Source: Sulfurospirillaceae bacterium (GTDB taxonomy: Bacteria > Campylobacterota > Campylobacteria > Campylobacterales > Sulfurospirillaceae). From it: DNA of 64,000 nt. The notes under the pieces are model-generated. The model did no database searches. It worked only from the letters and a program-made list of their open reading frames with translations, and was not told the DNA's origin. This document shows, in pieces, positions 1-10,559 of this stretch (within the stretch, counting starts at the first letter, position 1; each line of letters starts with the position of its first letter). The DNA is taken from the NCBI GenBank assembly GCA_033723415.1, contig JAWVXD010000002.1, forward strand, positions 1 to 64,000, written 5' to 3'. The position numbers and the translations under genes were made by a program.

Positions 1-205
1 AGCAGCAACAGATACATCTGATTCTATAGAGAGAAGCTACAATGAAACACAAAAAGACGTGGATGAGATATTTGAACAAGTATCCAAGATCAATGACATA
101 TCAACTCAAAATGCAAGAAGCACAGAAGAGATAGCCAGTGCAGCAGAGCACCTAAATGCTATGACTGAAACATTGAACAACAAGTTGAGCGAGTTTAGAA
201 CGTGA
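1..205 (+). CDS. Methyl-accepting chemotaxis protein, C-terminal fragment (begins before the window)
   Basis: Frame 2 reads ...VSKINDISTQNARSTEEIASAAEHLNAMTETLNNKLSEFRT*, a typical MCP methylation-helix tail. Confidence 0.85.
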   Translation, partial: AATDTSDSIERSYNETQKDVDEIFEQVSKINDISTQNARSTEEIASAAEHLNAMTETLNNKLSEFRT

Positions 206-283
206 GAAGAAGAAATTAATCTTAAAATAATATTATAATGATATAATTTTGTTGTTAAGAAAAATTACTATTAAGGAGATTAA

Positions 284-880
284 ATGTTAGTTACAAATAA
301 AGCACCGGATTTTTCCGCTACTGCTGTTTTAGCAGATGGACAGATTGTAGAAGATTTTAAACTATATGAAAATTTTGGACCAAAGGGAACTGTAGTTTTC
401 TTTTATCCTTTAGATTTTACTTTTGTTTGTCCAAGTGAGATTATCGCTTTTTCACATAGAATAGAAGAATTTAAAAACAGAGGCATCAATGTTATCGGTG
501 TTTCTATAGATAGTCAATTTTCACACTTTGCATGGAGAGAAACTCCTGTTGAAAAAGGTGGAATCGGCAGAATTAAATTCCCTCTTGTCGCAGATCTAGA
601 CAAACAAATCTCTAAAGATTTTGATGTTTTATTGGGTGGTTCAGTTGCACTACGTGGATCTTTCTTACTAGATGCAGACGGTACAGTAAGACATGCAGTT
701 ATAAATGATCTTCCACTTGGTAGAAATATTGACGAAATGCTAAGAATGATAGATGCTATGTTATTTACAAACGAGTTTGGCGAAGTTTGTCCAGCTGGTT
801 GGAACAAAGGTGATGAAGGTATGAAGGCATCAACCGAAGGTGTTGCTGATTATCTTGCAAAGCACTCAACAGAATTATAA
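284..880 (+). CDS. ahpC: 2-Cys peroxiredoxin (AhpC/TsaA)
   Basis: FYPLDFTFVCPSE and GEVCPAGW motifs; AAGGAG RBS. Confidence 0.97.
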   Translation: MLVTNKAPDFSATAVLADGQIVEDFKLYENFGPKGTVVFFYPLDFTFVCPSEIIAFSHRIEEFKNRGINVIGVSIDSQFSHFAWRETPVEKGGIGRIKFPLVADLDKQISKDFDVLLGGSVALRGSFLLDADGTVRHAVINDLPLGRNIDEMLRMIDAMLFTNEFGEVCPAGWNKGDEGMKASTEGVADYLAKHSTEL

Positions 881-886
881 TTTATC

Positions 887-912
887 TTGGAAGCTCTTTT
901 AGGGGCTTCCAA
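887..912. terminator. Bidirectional hairpin terminator between convergent ahpC and dxs
   Basis: TTGGAAGCTCT...AGGGGCTTCCAA inverted repeat. Confidence 0.7.
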
Positions 913-916
913 ATTC

Positions 917-2761
917 TTATTTACTTAAACTTGCTTCTATTCTTTTAGCCAATTGTAAAGGTGTAATCTCAAGCATATTTTCAACTAAATTTGTTGCTCC
1001 ATGCGGTATAAATTTATCTTCATACTCAAAACTTTGAATTGCTACGGAAAGTGAATATTTTTCTTTTAATAACCCTAATATAGATCCTATACCTCCATGT
1101 TTTGCACTGTCACTAAAAACAAACCATTTATTGTGCTTTGTTGATAGCTCAAGTAAACACTCTTCATCTATAGGCTTTGCAAATCTCAAATCAATAACAC
1201 TTGAACTAATACCATTTTCTTCTAAAATAGCAGATGTCTGCATAGCTCGTCCAACTCCATTGCCATAACCGATCAACAAGATTGTAGAATCGTTTTTTTG
1301 CACTAAAATTTGTGCTTTACCATATTTAAACTCACTATTATCTTCATACAGAGTGTCTATAAATGCTCCTCTTGGATATCTAATAGCAAGCGGGCCTTGA
1401 TGTGTATATGCATATTCTATGGCTCTTTTCATACTATTTTCATCTCTAGGTGCTATCATTGAAATATTCGGTATAGCATTGAGGTAAGATATATCAAAAG
1501 CACCTTGGTGGGTTTCTCCATCTTCTCCGACTATCCCGGCTCTATCCAATGCAAAAACAACATTTAAGTTCATAATACAAGCATCATGAATAACTTGATC
1601 ATAAGCTCTTTGTAAAAATGTAGAATAGATAGTAATAAATGGTTTAAAACCCTCTTTTGCCATAGCACACATCGAGGTGACAGCGTGTTGTTCGGCAATC
1701 GCAACATCCCAAAAACGTTCAGGGAATGCCGTGATGAGCTTGTCTAATCCAGTCCCGCTAGGCATAGCAGCAGTAACTCCTACAACATTATCATGATTCT
1801 TCGCTAAATCCATCAAAGACTCACTATACATTGTTGTTGCATTTTTGGCAGAGCTTTTTTTGAGTGACTTTCCGCTTTCTATGTCAAACGGACCGACACC
1901 ATGCCAGTTTTCAAAATAACCTTCGGCCTTTTCATATCCTTTCCCTTTAAGAGTTTGCGTATGAATAATAACAGGTTTTTTAAGCTCTTTTGCCATTGCA
2001 AACGTTTTTATAAGACTTTCTAGATTATGCCCGTCAATTGGACCGATATAATCTATGCCAAGCTCTTCAAATATGATACCGGGAGTTATAAGTTTAAAGC
2101 CTTCTTCAAATTTCTTAGCCATATATGTAGCGCTTTCAGGTAAGTATTCTAAAATTTGCTCTGTAGTTTTTTTGATTTTTTGATAAAAATTCCCTGCCAT
2201 TGCATGAGAAAGAAAACTGCTTATTGCCCCTATTGGCTTTGAAATACTCATTTTATTGTCATTTAAGATAATAATCACCGGATATTTTCTAAATCCTAGC
2301 TCATTCAGTGCTTCAAATGCCATTCCAGCACTCATAGAACCATCTCCAATAAGTGCAACAGGAACTCTTTTCCCTGTTTCTCCTTTTAACGCTATAGCTT
2401 TTGCAGCTCCAACGGCTAGTGATATAGAAGTTGAACTGTGCCCTGCCACAAAATAGTCATGTTCAGACTCGCTCGGCTTTGTATATCCACAAATTCCGTT
2501 TAACTGTCTTAATGTACTAAATTGATCCCATCTTCCTGTCAAAAGTTTATGAGCATATGATTGATGACTTACATCAAAGATAAAAGGGTCATTTGGAGAA
2601 TCAAAAACATAATGCATTGCAACAATCAGCTCAACTGCACCGACATTACTGCTTAAATGTCCTCCATTTTTGCTAACAGTCTTAATAATATAATTTCTAA
2701 GAGATACACATTCGTCTTTTAACTCTTGTATATTTTTGTTTTTAATATCAATAATATTCAC
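917..2761 (-). CDS. dxs: 1-deoxy-D-xylulose-5-phosphate synthase
   Basis: GGHLSSNVG, DVSHQSY, GDG...NDN (TPP), IAEQHA and DRAGIVGEDGETHQG motifs. Confidence 0.97.
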   Translation of the reverse strand: MNIIDIKNKNIQELKDECVSLRNYIIKTVSKNGGHLSSNVGAVELIVAMHYVFDSPNDPFIFDVSHQSYAHKLLTGRWDQFSTLRQLNGICGYTKPSESEHDYFVAGHSSTSISLAVGAAKAIALKGETGKRVPVALIGDGSMSAGMAFEALNELGFRKYPVIIILNDNKMSISKPIGAISSFLSHAMAGNFYQKIKKTTEQILEYLPESATYMAKKFEEGFKLITPGIIFEELGIDYIGPIDGHNLESLIKTFAMAKELKKPVIIHTQTLKGKGYEKAEGYFENWHGVGPFDIESGKSLKKSSAKNATTMYSESLMDLAKNHDNVVGVTAAMPSGTGLDKLITAFPERFWDVAIAEQHAVTSMCAMAKEGFKPFITIYSTFLQRAYDQVIHDACIMNLNVVFALDRAGIVGEDGETHQGAFDISYLNAIPNISMIAPRDENSMKRAIEYAYTHQGPLAIRYPRGAFIDTLYEDNSEFKYGKAQILVQKNDSTILLIGYGNGVGRAMQTSAILEENGISSSVIDLRFAKPIDEECLLELSTKHNKWFVFSDSAKHGGIGSILGLLKEKYSLSVAIQSFEYEDKFIPHGATNLVENMLEITPLQLAKRIEASLSK

Positions 2762-2774
2762 AATTTTAATTTTC

Positions 2775-3545
2775 CTAACTATTTTCCAATAAATATTTAA
2801 CTTTTTCTAATCTCGCAGATATTGTACCGTCTAAGTTACCGTTTTCACTTAATAAAATCACTCCGCCTTTAGATATGGCATCATCTGCTTCTACTTTTAT
2901 TTTATCATTATTTTTATATATTTCATCTAATGTCATGAAATCATATGGATTTATCTTTAATGTTATTTTATTAGCATCTTTTATCTCTTGTAACAAATTT
3001 TTTGAAAGTGCTACAGCAATATCGGAACTTGAATTTGAGATTTCTTTTTTTATTACTTCTTTCGCTATCTCAACGGCAGAAGTTGAGAGATCATGTTCAA
3101 GTTTCTTGAATGAATTATCAATTTCAATAATTTTTTCATTCAACCTTTGATTTGAATTATTATATTTGAGTGTTAGTGAATCAAAATTTTCTTCTAGATC
3201 TAACTTAGCTTTTTCATATCCTTCATTATAAGATATGTCTTTTTCTCTTGCTAAATCTTCTTTCAGTCTTCTTTCAAATTCTTCTTCTTGTTTCTCTATT
3301 TGCATCTGCAGTTTTACGATATTAGATGAGAGTTCATCACTTCTTTTTAAAAGTTCTTCTATAAATTTGCTTTGTGTTTCATCTACTTTTTTAGGCGGCT
3401 GTATAACCTCTTCGTGTAGGTCTTTATTATCTATTACATCATATTGATTTTGTTGTTCATCCTTTGCATAGGAGCCTAAAACCTTAAATCTGTATTTTTG
3501 AATACTATGATTACTGATGTCATCTTGCAAAATTATATTTTCCAT
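2775..3545 (-). CDS. fliH: Flagellar assembly protein FliH
   Basis: Coiled coil plus DDAISKGGVILLSENGNLDG tail; follows fliG. Confidence 0.9.
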   Translation of the reverse strand: MENIILQDDISNHSIQKYRFKVLGSYAKDEQQNQYDVIDNKDLHEEVIQPPKKVDETQSKFIEELLKRSDELSSNIVKLQMQIEKQEEEFERRLKEDLAREKDISYNEGYEKAKLDLEENFDSLTLKYNNSNQRLNEKIIEIDNSFKKLEHDLSTSAVEIAKEVIKKEISNSSSDIAVALSKNLLQEIKDANKITLKINPYDFMTLDEIYKNNDKIKVEADDAISKGGVILLSENGNLDGTISARLEKVKYLLENS

Positions 3546-3548
3546 GAT

Positions 3549-4574
3549 CTACTCTATCATCTCCTCTGCTTCACCGATCTGCAAGATTCCTTGTTCGGCA
3601 AGTTTCTGCACTTCTTCAACGATTTTTCTCTGAGCTTCTTCCACATCCTTAACTCTCACAGCCCCCAAGAAGTTCATTTCTTCTAAAAATGCATCTTGTG
3701 CACGTTGAGACATATTGTCCAAGAATTGTTTTCTAAGCTCTTCTCCTGAACCTTTCAGTGCAACCATTAAATCCTTTTTATCAGCGACTTTCAAAATCTC
3801 TCTTATACCGGTATTGTCAAGCTTAACAATGTCTTCAAATGTAAACATCATCTCTTTTATCGTAGACGCCAGTCTTTCATCTGATTGCTCTATAAATGAT
3901 ATAGTAGTTTTAGACGCTTTCTGTCCCAGTCTGTTTAAAATCTCAGCAACTGCTCTAGGTCCGCCAACTTCAACTTTATAAGATGTTAATGATTCTAGCT
4001 TATTTTCTAAAACAGTAGAAACACGTTTAACAACAGAAGGTGATATTTCACCTAAATTTGCCATCCTGATTGTAACTTCACTTCTTAATTCATCAGTAAA
4101 GAAAGATAGTGTTTCTGCTGCACGAGTAGGCTCCATATGAGCTAATATCAGTGCTACAGTTTGGGGATGTTCGTTTACTATAAAATCTGCAAGCTGCTGC
4201 GGTTTTATCTGAGATAAATAACCGAAATTTTGAGTGTTTTCCATGGTTTTTGATAATTTTTCTAAAATCTTTTGCGCTGCTTCAGATCCAAAAGTTCGAT
4301 ATAAAATCTCTTTTGCGTACTCCATACCTCCGCTTCTGATAAATTGGTTTGATTGTAATAGAGCATAAAACTCTTCTAAAACAGCGTTTGCTACTTGCTT
4401 ATCAATATTTTTTACCGTTGCAATGTATTTAGAGATCTCTGTAACCGTATCTATTTCCATATGTGAAAAGATATTTGCGGTAACATCTTCTCCTAATTGT
4501 ATTAAAAGTATAGCAACCTTTTCCGGCATTCTAAGTTCATTATACTGATTTTTTTGATCTTCAGTTAATTTCAT
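3549..4574 (-). CDS. fliG: Flagellar motor switch protein FliG (start moved to ATG at 4574)
   Basis: EHPQTVALIL, GGPRAVAEIL, MFTFED and NMSQRA motifs. Confidence 0.96.
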   Translation of the reverse strand: MKLTEDQKNQYNELRMPEKVAILLIQLGEDVTANIFSHMEIDTVTEISKYIATVKNIDKQVANAVLEEFYALLQSNQFIRSGGMEYAKEILYRTFGSEAAQKILEKLSKTMENTQNFGYLSQIKPQQLADFIVNEHPQTVALILAHMEPTRAAETLSFFTDELRSEVTIRMANLGEISPSVVKRVSTVLENKLESLTSYKVEVGGPRAVAEILNRLGQKASKTTISFIEQSDERLASTIKEMMFTFEDIVKLDNTGIREILKVADKKDLMVALKGSGEELRKQFLDNMSQRAQDAFLEEMNFLGAVRVKDVEEAQRKIVEEVQKLAEQGILQIGEAEEMIE

Positions 4575-6291
4575 TATATTTCCTTTTATCCACAGCTTCA
4601 AACTCAGAGGCATTTTTTATAAGATTTTGCAGCAAGGTAGATACTTCTTCGGTTTTTTGCTCAGAAAGGGTTTTTAATTTTTCTAATAAAACATCGTACT
4701 TTAATGACTCTTCATTGAAATCGCCACTAACTCCCAATTGCTCTTCAACTTTTTTTCTAGCTTTTCTAAATTGTTCCAGAGTATCCTCCGCATTCTCTTC
4801 ATCATCAAAAGTTTCTTCTTTTCTAAACTCTTCCATTTCTTCAATTCGTTCTTCCAACATTTTTTGAGAAAATGGCACTATGATCTTTTTGTAAAAGATA
4901 AGCAATATTAGCACGACAAATGCATATTTCAAGATAGGAAGAATAGGTGTCACATAATAACTTGCTTCTTCCAGAAATGTTTCGGTAGGAGGCTTTTGAA
5001 TATCTTTTGCAAGTGGCTTAAACTCAAGATTACTTACAGTTACTTCATCTCCTCTTTTTTTATCATAGCCTATGGTTTGTCTTACTATATCTTCAACAGC
5101 AGACAACTGCGCTTTTGACATAGGAATATATTTTAACTCTTTTGTGGGCTTACCATCTTTGTCTTTTACGTATTGGTAATCACCGTCTACCACAACAGCA
5201 GCACTTATTTTATTTATTGTTGCAAATTCATTTTTGATCTTAATTGTCTTTTTTGAGATTTCATAATTTGTTGTAGTTGAGCTTTTTTGATATGTTTGTG
5301 TGCTATTTTGGCTTGTAACCCCCTGAACCGGACCAATATTACTAACAGCCCCAGGGACACCTCCTGCACTTTGCGGTGTTGTACCTGTCTTTTTTTCTTC
5401 TACACTTTGTTCACTTCTTGGAACAGAATTTGGATCATATACTTCACTTACTGAATTTTCTTGTTTAAAGTTAAAGTCTATAGTAACTTTTGCTACAACT
5501 TTATCTCTTCCTCCTGCTATCGGTGAAAGCATATCTATAATCTTTTTCTCTAAACTTGATTCATACTGATTTTTATATCTAATCTGACTTTTTACCAAAT
5601 CAGAAGAATATTCTCCGTCATCTTCACCAAGAGGCATACCATTTTGGTCTACAATTTTCACATTTTCAGGTTTCAAATTTGTAACAGAAGATGCAACAAG
5701 ATTTTTGATCCCTGTGATCTGTTTATGTGAAAGTTTCATACCATCTCTGATATTTACTACTATTGAAGCTGTTGCAGGTTCTTTTTGATCTGAGAAAACA
5801 CTATCTTTTGGGATAGCAATATGAACATTTGAATCTGCTATCGGAGTTAGATCATTTATAGTTCTGGAAAGTTCACCCTCCAGCGCTCTTAAGTATTTGA
5901 TTTTTTGTTCAAAGTCAGTAGAGCCAAATTCTGTTTTATCAAATATCTCAAAACCTACTTTAGAATCTTTTGGGATACCAAGTGCCGAGATAGCAATTCT
6001 TTCTTTATAGACAACATTAGTAGGTACAGCTATCGTTCCTTCATTTATGATCTTATAAGGAATATTGTCTTTTTTTAGCTGTTGTATGATGAGAGCAGAA
6101 TCACTAGGAGTCGTGTTATCAAACAAAATGCCATAGCCTTTTGTTGACATTGAATTTGAACTCTTAAAAAATACCAAAAATGCTAAAAATCCAACTACTA
6201 CGGCAACGGAAGCAATCGAAACTATCTTTTGTCGAAGAGACAGATTTTGAATTAAAACCGTTATTTGATTTAAAAATGTTTTTAAATTCAT
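4561..6291 (-). CDS. fliF: Flagellar M-ring protein FliF
   Basis: GFEIFD, RALEGELSRTI and GGVPGAVSN motifs; two TM segments. Confidence 0.96.
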   Translation of the reverse strand: MNLKTFLNQITVLIQNLSLRQKIVSIASVAVVVGFLAFLVFFKSSNSMSTKGYGILFDNTTPSDSALIIQQLKKDNIPYKIINEGTIAVPTNVVYKERIAISALGIPKDSKVGFEIFDKTEFGSTDFEQKIKYLRALEGELSRTINDLTPIADSNVHIAIPKDSVFSDQKEPATASIVVNIRDGMKLSHKQITGIKNLVASSVTNLKPENVKIVDQNGMPLGEDDGEYSSDLVKSQIRYKNQYESSLEKKIIDMLSPIAGGRDKVVAKVTIDFNFKQENSVSEVYDPNSVPRSEQSVEEKKTGTTPQSAGGVPGAVSNIGPVQGVTSQNSTQTYQKSSTTTNYEISKKTIKIKNEFATINKISAAVVVDGDYQYVKDKDGKPTKELKYIPMSKAQLSAVEDIVRQTIGYDKKRGDEVTVSNLEFKPLAKDIQKPPTETFLEEASYYVTPILPILKYAFVVLILLIFYKKIIVPFSQKMLEERIEEMEEFRKEETFDDEENAEDTLEQFRKARKKVEEQLGVSGDFNEESLKYDVLLEKLKTLSEQKTEEVSTLLQNLIKNASEFEAVDKRKYNEIN

Positions 6292-7407
6292 TTACCCTAC
6301 CAGATTATTTAAGTAAATATCTTTGAATTCCTTCATAAATCTAGAATTTTGTTCAGGAGTTCCAATAGTAACACGTATAGCATTCATACCATATGCTCCA
6401 AGGTTTCTGACTATTATACCCTTTTTCAAAAGTTTTTCAGAAATTTCAGAAGAATTTTTGCTATCATCTAATTCTAAAGTGATAAAATTGGTAAAACTTT
6501 CTATAAAATCAAAACCGAGATCATTTGCAAATTTTTCAAATAATTTCATTTGTTCAAAGTTTTCTTTGATTGAGTTTTGAACAAATTCTTCATCATCTAA
6601 AGCAACAATAGCGGCTTTTAAAGTCAAATTCGTGATGTTAAACGGAGCTCTTAGTTTCATCAAGGATTTTATAATTTTTTCATTTGCTATCCCATATCCA
6701 CATCTCATACCGCCTAAACCGTAAGCTTTGGAAAAAGTTCCAAGATATAGTACATTTGGATATTTTTCTATTATATCCTTTGGATTTATTTCTTTGTTCT
6801 TATCCTTATATTTTGCATACTCTTGATATGCCCCATCTACTATGACCAGTGTTTCCTTATCTATCTTATCAAGAAAATCATACACTTCTTTGGCATCCAA
6901 GCACTCACCTAAAGGATTATTAGGTAAGCACAAAAAGACTATTGCTACATCATCATTTTGCTTATAAAGTTCCAAAAATTCTTTTAGATTATGTTGATCA
7001 CTCTTTGTTTTTAAGATAGTAGTTCCGGTTTGTCTAGCATATATCTCATACATTGCAAATGTTGTTCTTGCCATCAATACTTTGTTGTCTTTATTTGCTT
7101 TTGCATGAACTCCAAAAGATATAATCTGATCACTGCCTGCACCTATGGCTATATTTGAATCTTGTACTCCAAATTTTTTTGCCAATTTTGCCTTCAGCTC
7201 ATACATGCTATCGTCAGGATAAAGGTTCATTTTTGATGCTTCTTTACATATAGCATCTTGAACCAACTTGCTGCACCCTCTTGGATTTTCATTACTTGCT
7301 AGCTTTATGATATCTTTTTCATCTACCCCGTAATCTCTTACAACAAGCTCTATAGGTTTGCCTGCTTCATAAATTTTGAGATTATCTAAAACCTGATTAA
7401 ACTTCAT
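6292..7407 (-). CDS. hisC: Histidinol-phosphate aminotransferase
   Basis: [12 protein letters not shown] and [16 protein letters not shown] (PLP lysine) motifs. Confidence 0.93.
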   Translation of the reverse strand: MKFNQVLDNLKIYEAGKPIELVVRDYGVDEKDIIKLASNENPRGCSKLVQDAICKEASKMNLYPDDSMYELKAKLAKKFGVQDSNIAIGAGSDQIISFGVHAKANKDNKVLMARTTFAMYEIYARQTGTTILKTKSDQHNLKEFLELYKQNDDVAIVFLCLPNNPLGECLDAKEVYDFLDKIDKETLVIVDGAYQEYAKYKDKNKEINPKDIIEKYPNVLYLGTFSKAYGLGGMRCGYGIANEKIIKSLMKLRAPFNITNLTLKAAIVALDDEEFVQNSIKENFEQMKLFEKFANDLGFDFIESFTNFITLELDDSKNSSEISEKLLKKGIIVRNLGAYGMNAIRVTIGTPEQNSRFMKEFKDIYLNNLVG

Positions 7408-7408
7408 A

Positions 7409-8473
7409 TTATTCTCCACTTACATAGCTGCCAAGCCATTTGATTTCATGTTTATTTTTATTTGCTTCTATTACTTGCTGTACATTTTCATCATCTATAT
7501 GACCTTCAAAATCAATATAGAATACTTTTCTAAAACCTTTTTCTTTTGTTGGACGTGATTCGATCTTAGTTAAGTTTACTTTTGCCTTTTGAAAAGTCTG
7601 TAAAAACTCGACCAAACCTCCAGGCTGATCAGAAGTTTTTGCCAAAATAGATGTTTTACTTATTACTGATGGTTTATTTTTAAAATCACTCAAAATCAAA
7701 AATCTTGTTTTATTTGCCATGTTGTCTTCTATCTTTGAAAAAAGTATAGGTACATTGTATAATTTTGCCGCTATGTGAGAACATATGGCAGCGGAGTCTT
7801 CATGTTCTTTGGCTAATCTTGCAGCTTCGGCTGTTGATTTTGTTGCAACAAATTCTACATCAATTAAAAAATGCTCTTCCAAAAATTTTCTGCATTGATT
7901 ATAGCCTTGAGGATGTGAGTAAATTCTTTTGATATCTTTTAGATTTTCGCAAATACTGGCAAAAGAGTGGTGAATATCCATGTATATTTCTGATACTATC
8001 TTAGAATTGTATTTACCTAAACAATCAAGAGTCACTCCAACGGCACCTTCTGTATTATTTTCAATAGGCACTACTCCGTACTTCGCTTCTTTGTTTTCCA
8101 AAACATCAAAAACTGCTTTTATTGAATTAAGTCCGATATATCTTCCCATTGCACCAAATCTACTCTCTGCCACTTGATGAGTAAAGCTTCCTTCCGGTCC
8201 AAGGTATGCAATATTTTCAGGTAATTCAATATTTCTGCTGACGGCAAAGATCTCTAAGAATATAGCATCAATAGCATCACTGTTCAGATACTTTTTGTCT
8301 AAACCTTTTAGCCTATCTAGTATCTCTTTTTCTCTCTCAGGCCTGTATATGGATCCGCCTGTTGACTGCTTTAGGCGTCCTATAGCTTTTACTGCTTCCA
8401 TTCTTTTGTTCAAAAGAACAAGTATCTGATCATCTAGACTGTCGATTTCTTTTCTATATTGTTCTATATTCAA
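7409..8473 (-). CDS. pheA: Chorismate mutase/prephenate dehydratase
   Basis: N-terminal CM (RKEIDSLD), [22 protein letters not shown] and NLTKIESRP (ACT). Confidence 0.96.
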   Translation of the reverse strand: MNIEQYRKEIDSLDDQILVLLNKRMEAVKAIGRLKQSTGGSIYRPEREKEILDRLKGLDKKYLNSDAIDAIFLEIFAVSRNIELPENIAYLGPEGSFTHQVAESRFGAMGRYIGLNSIKAVFDVLENKEAKYGVVPIENNTEGAVGVTLDCLGKYNSKIVSEIYMDIHHSFASICENLKDIKRIYSHPQGYNQCRKFLEEHFLIDVEFVATKSTAEAARLAKEHEDSAAICSHIAAKLYNVPILFSKIEDNMANKTRFLILSDFKNKPSVISKTSILAKTSDQPGGLVEFLQTFQKAKVNLTKIESRPTKEKGFRKVFYIDFEGHIDDENVQQVIEANKNKHEIKWLGSYVSGE

Positions 8474-8476
8474 TTT

Positions 8477-9244
8477 TTACCCTTTTACTTGCCCTATATC
8501 TTCGACAATTTCATCTATAAGCTCTTTAATCGGTTCTATCTCATCTACGTTTTTACATTTTCCGCTAAGAACCAAAACCGTTTTGCCTCCAAGTACTTTG
8601 ATCCCACAAAGATCACCCACCGCATCATCACTTATCATCGTGATATCTTTAAAACTAAAGTGTTTATCACTCTGTAAATTCAAAAGTCTGAGAGCTTCTT
8701 TATAAAACGCATCACTTGGTTTACCTATCACGGTATAAGACTTTGATGTAGCATACTTTAGCATCTCCAATATTGCTCCGACTCCAGGGTATCTTCTGCC
8801 GTCTTTTGCATAAATGCTTGTAGCATGCATGCCTATAATATCTACATTATTAAATGCTGCTTCGATCATTTGCGCATAATCATCAGAACTAAAATCTTTC
8901 TTACTGGCTATCAACATGGCTTTTGGATATTTTGTCTGCGTATCAAATCCCAATTTGTCAAGAGTTTCTACAAATTCATCTGCCCCAAACGCTGCTATTT
9001 TATCACTATCAATACTATTTTTCAATACCATAAAAGGATCAAGATAATTATTTTGCGGTATCTCAAATCCTAAATCGCATAAAAACTCATGAAACTCTTC
9101 ACTTTTTACTTTTGTATTGTTTGTCACAACAACATAAGGAATCTTCGACTTATTGAGTCGATCTATAAATTCTATTGATCCTGCAATCGGCTTTTTGTCG
9201 ATGTCATCGATTAGAGTTCCTTGAACATCAATAAAATAGCTCAT
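8477..9244 (-). CDS. HAD-IIA family hydrolase
   Basis: DVQGTL, TNN, IGKPS and ISDDAVGDL motifs; conserved position between lysA and pheA. Confidence 0.88.
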   Translation of the reverse strand: MSYFIDVQGTLIDDIDKKPIAGSIEFIDRLNKSKIPYVVVTNNTKVKSEEFHEFLCDLGFEIPQNNYLDPFMVLKNSIDSDKIAAFGADEFVETLDKLGFDTQTKYPKAMLIASKKDFSSDDYAQMIEAAFNNVDIIGMHATSIYAKDGRRYPGVGAILEMLKYATSKSYTVIGKPSDAFYKEALRLLNLQSDKHFSFKDITMISDDAVGDLCGIKVLGGKTVLVLSGKCKNVDEIEPIKELIDEIVEDIGQVKG

Positions 9245-10446
9245 ATAAGATCTTTCTCCAATCTAATTAGATCATCAAATGTTTCTCTTTTTCTTATCAG
9301 TCTGTCGACTCCGTCTTCTATAGCGACTTCGGCGGCTTTAAGTCTTGAATTATAATTACTACTCATAGTAAAGCCATATGCACCTGCACTCTTGAAGACT
9401 ATCAGGTCATCATGTTTAGTGGAAGGCAATTGTACATTTTTGGCTAGAAAATCGCCTGTTTCACAAATTGGACCTACAATGTCAACTAGAGATGTATCCT
9501 CATCATTTGAATCCAACAATTCAAAATCATGATAAGCTCCATATAAACTAGGTCTTATCAAGTCGTTCATTGCCGCATCTACAATTACAAATCTTTTTTC
9601 TTCATTTTTCTTTTCATACAAAACTTTAGTCAATAAATAGCCGCAGTTTCCTACCAAATAACGCCCCGGTTCGCAAAGTATGGTAACATCCATACCTTTT
9701 AGCGAGGCAAAGATACTTTGCGCATAATCATACAAAGATATTGTCTCTTCATCTCTGTATTTTATACCTACGCCTCCGCCTATGTCGAAAAATTTTATAT
9801 CTATATTTATAGCTTTTAAACTTCTCAAGAGATCAGCGATGATAAGTGAAGCTTCTTGGAAAGGTGACGTTTGGGTGATTTGGCTTCCTATGTGAAAGTG
9901 TATACCTATAGGATTTAAATTTTCAGATTTATTTGCATAAAGGTACATCTTTTTAGCACTATCCAAATCTACCCCAAATTTATTTTCATGAAGACCGGTA
10001 GAGATATAAGGGTGTGTTTTTGGATCTATATTTGGATTTACTCGTATGCTGATCCTGGAAACTTTGCCTAAATCTTTTGCTATTTGCTCAACTCGGAGCA
10101 TCTCTTCTTCACTTTCAAGATTGATCATCAAGATATCTTTATTAAGAGCTTCTTTGATCTCTTCATCTCGTTTACCGACACCACTGAATATGATCTTATA
10201 TTTGTCAATACCTGCTATAAGTGCCCTGTTAACTTCACCTATAGAAACACAATCACATCCTGAGCCCAAACTCGCCAAATGTTTTAAAAGAGATAAGTTA
10301 GAATTTGCTTTAACAGCATAACAAAGCATAGATTTTCTTGCTTTAAACGCATTTTTTAAGTTGTTGAAGTTATCTGTAATCTTGTTAAAATCATAAACAT
10401 ATAACGGAGTATCATACTTTTGAGAGAGAGCTCTAAATTGGATCAT
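9241..10446 (-). CDS. lysA: Diaminopimelate decarboxylase
   Basis: YAVKAN, HFHIGSQ, EPGR, GPICETGD and GAYGFTMSSNYN motifs. Confidence 0.97.
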   Translation of the reverse strand: MIQFRALSQKYDTPLYVYDFNKITDNFNNLKNAFKARKSMLCYAVKANSNLSLLKHLASLGSGCDCVSIGEVNRALIAGIDKYKIIFSGVGKRDEEIKEALNKDILMINLESEEEMLRVEQIAKDLGKVSRISIRVNPNIDPKTHPYISTGLHENKFGVDLDSAKKMYLYANKSENLNPIGIHFHIGSQITQTSPFQEASLIIADLLRSLKAINIDIKFFDIGGGVGIKYRDEETISLYDYAQSIFASLKGMDVTILCEPGRYLVGNCGYLLTKVLYEKKNEEKRFVIVDAAMNDLIRPSLYGAYHDFELLDSNDEDTSLVDIVGPICETGDFLAKNVQLPSTKHDDLIVFKSAGAYGFTMSSNYNSRLKAAEVAIEDGVDRLIRKRETFDDLIRLEKDLI

Positions 10447-10465
10447 ATATAACCTTTGGATATTT

Positions 10466-10489
10466 TGAGTCCTTGCTACTAAGGACTCA
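10466..10489. promoter_or_regulatory. Perfect 9-bp inverted repeat upstream of lysA (operator or terminator-like hairpin)
   Basis: TGAGTCCTT-gctact-AAGGACTCA. Confidence 0.5.
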
Positions 10490-10559
10490 TATATTTTATC
10501 TAAAAAAAGAGAAAAAGAAAATTAACTACTTTAGTAAAGGTTATAAAAAATTTCTAAAC

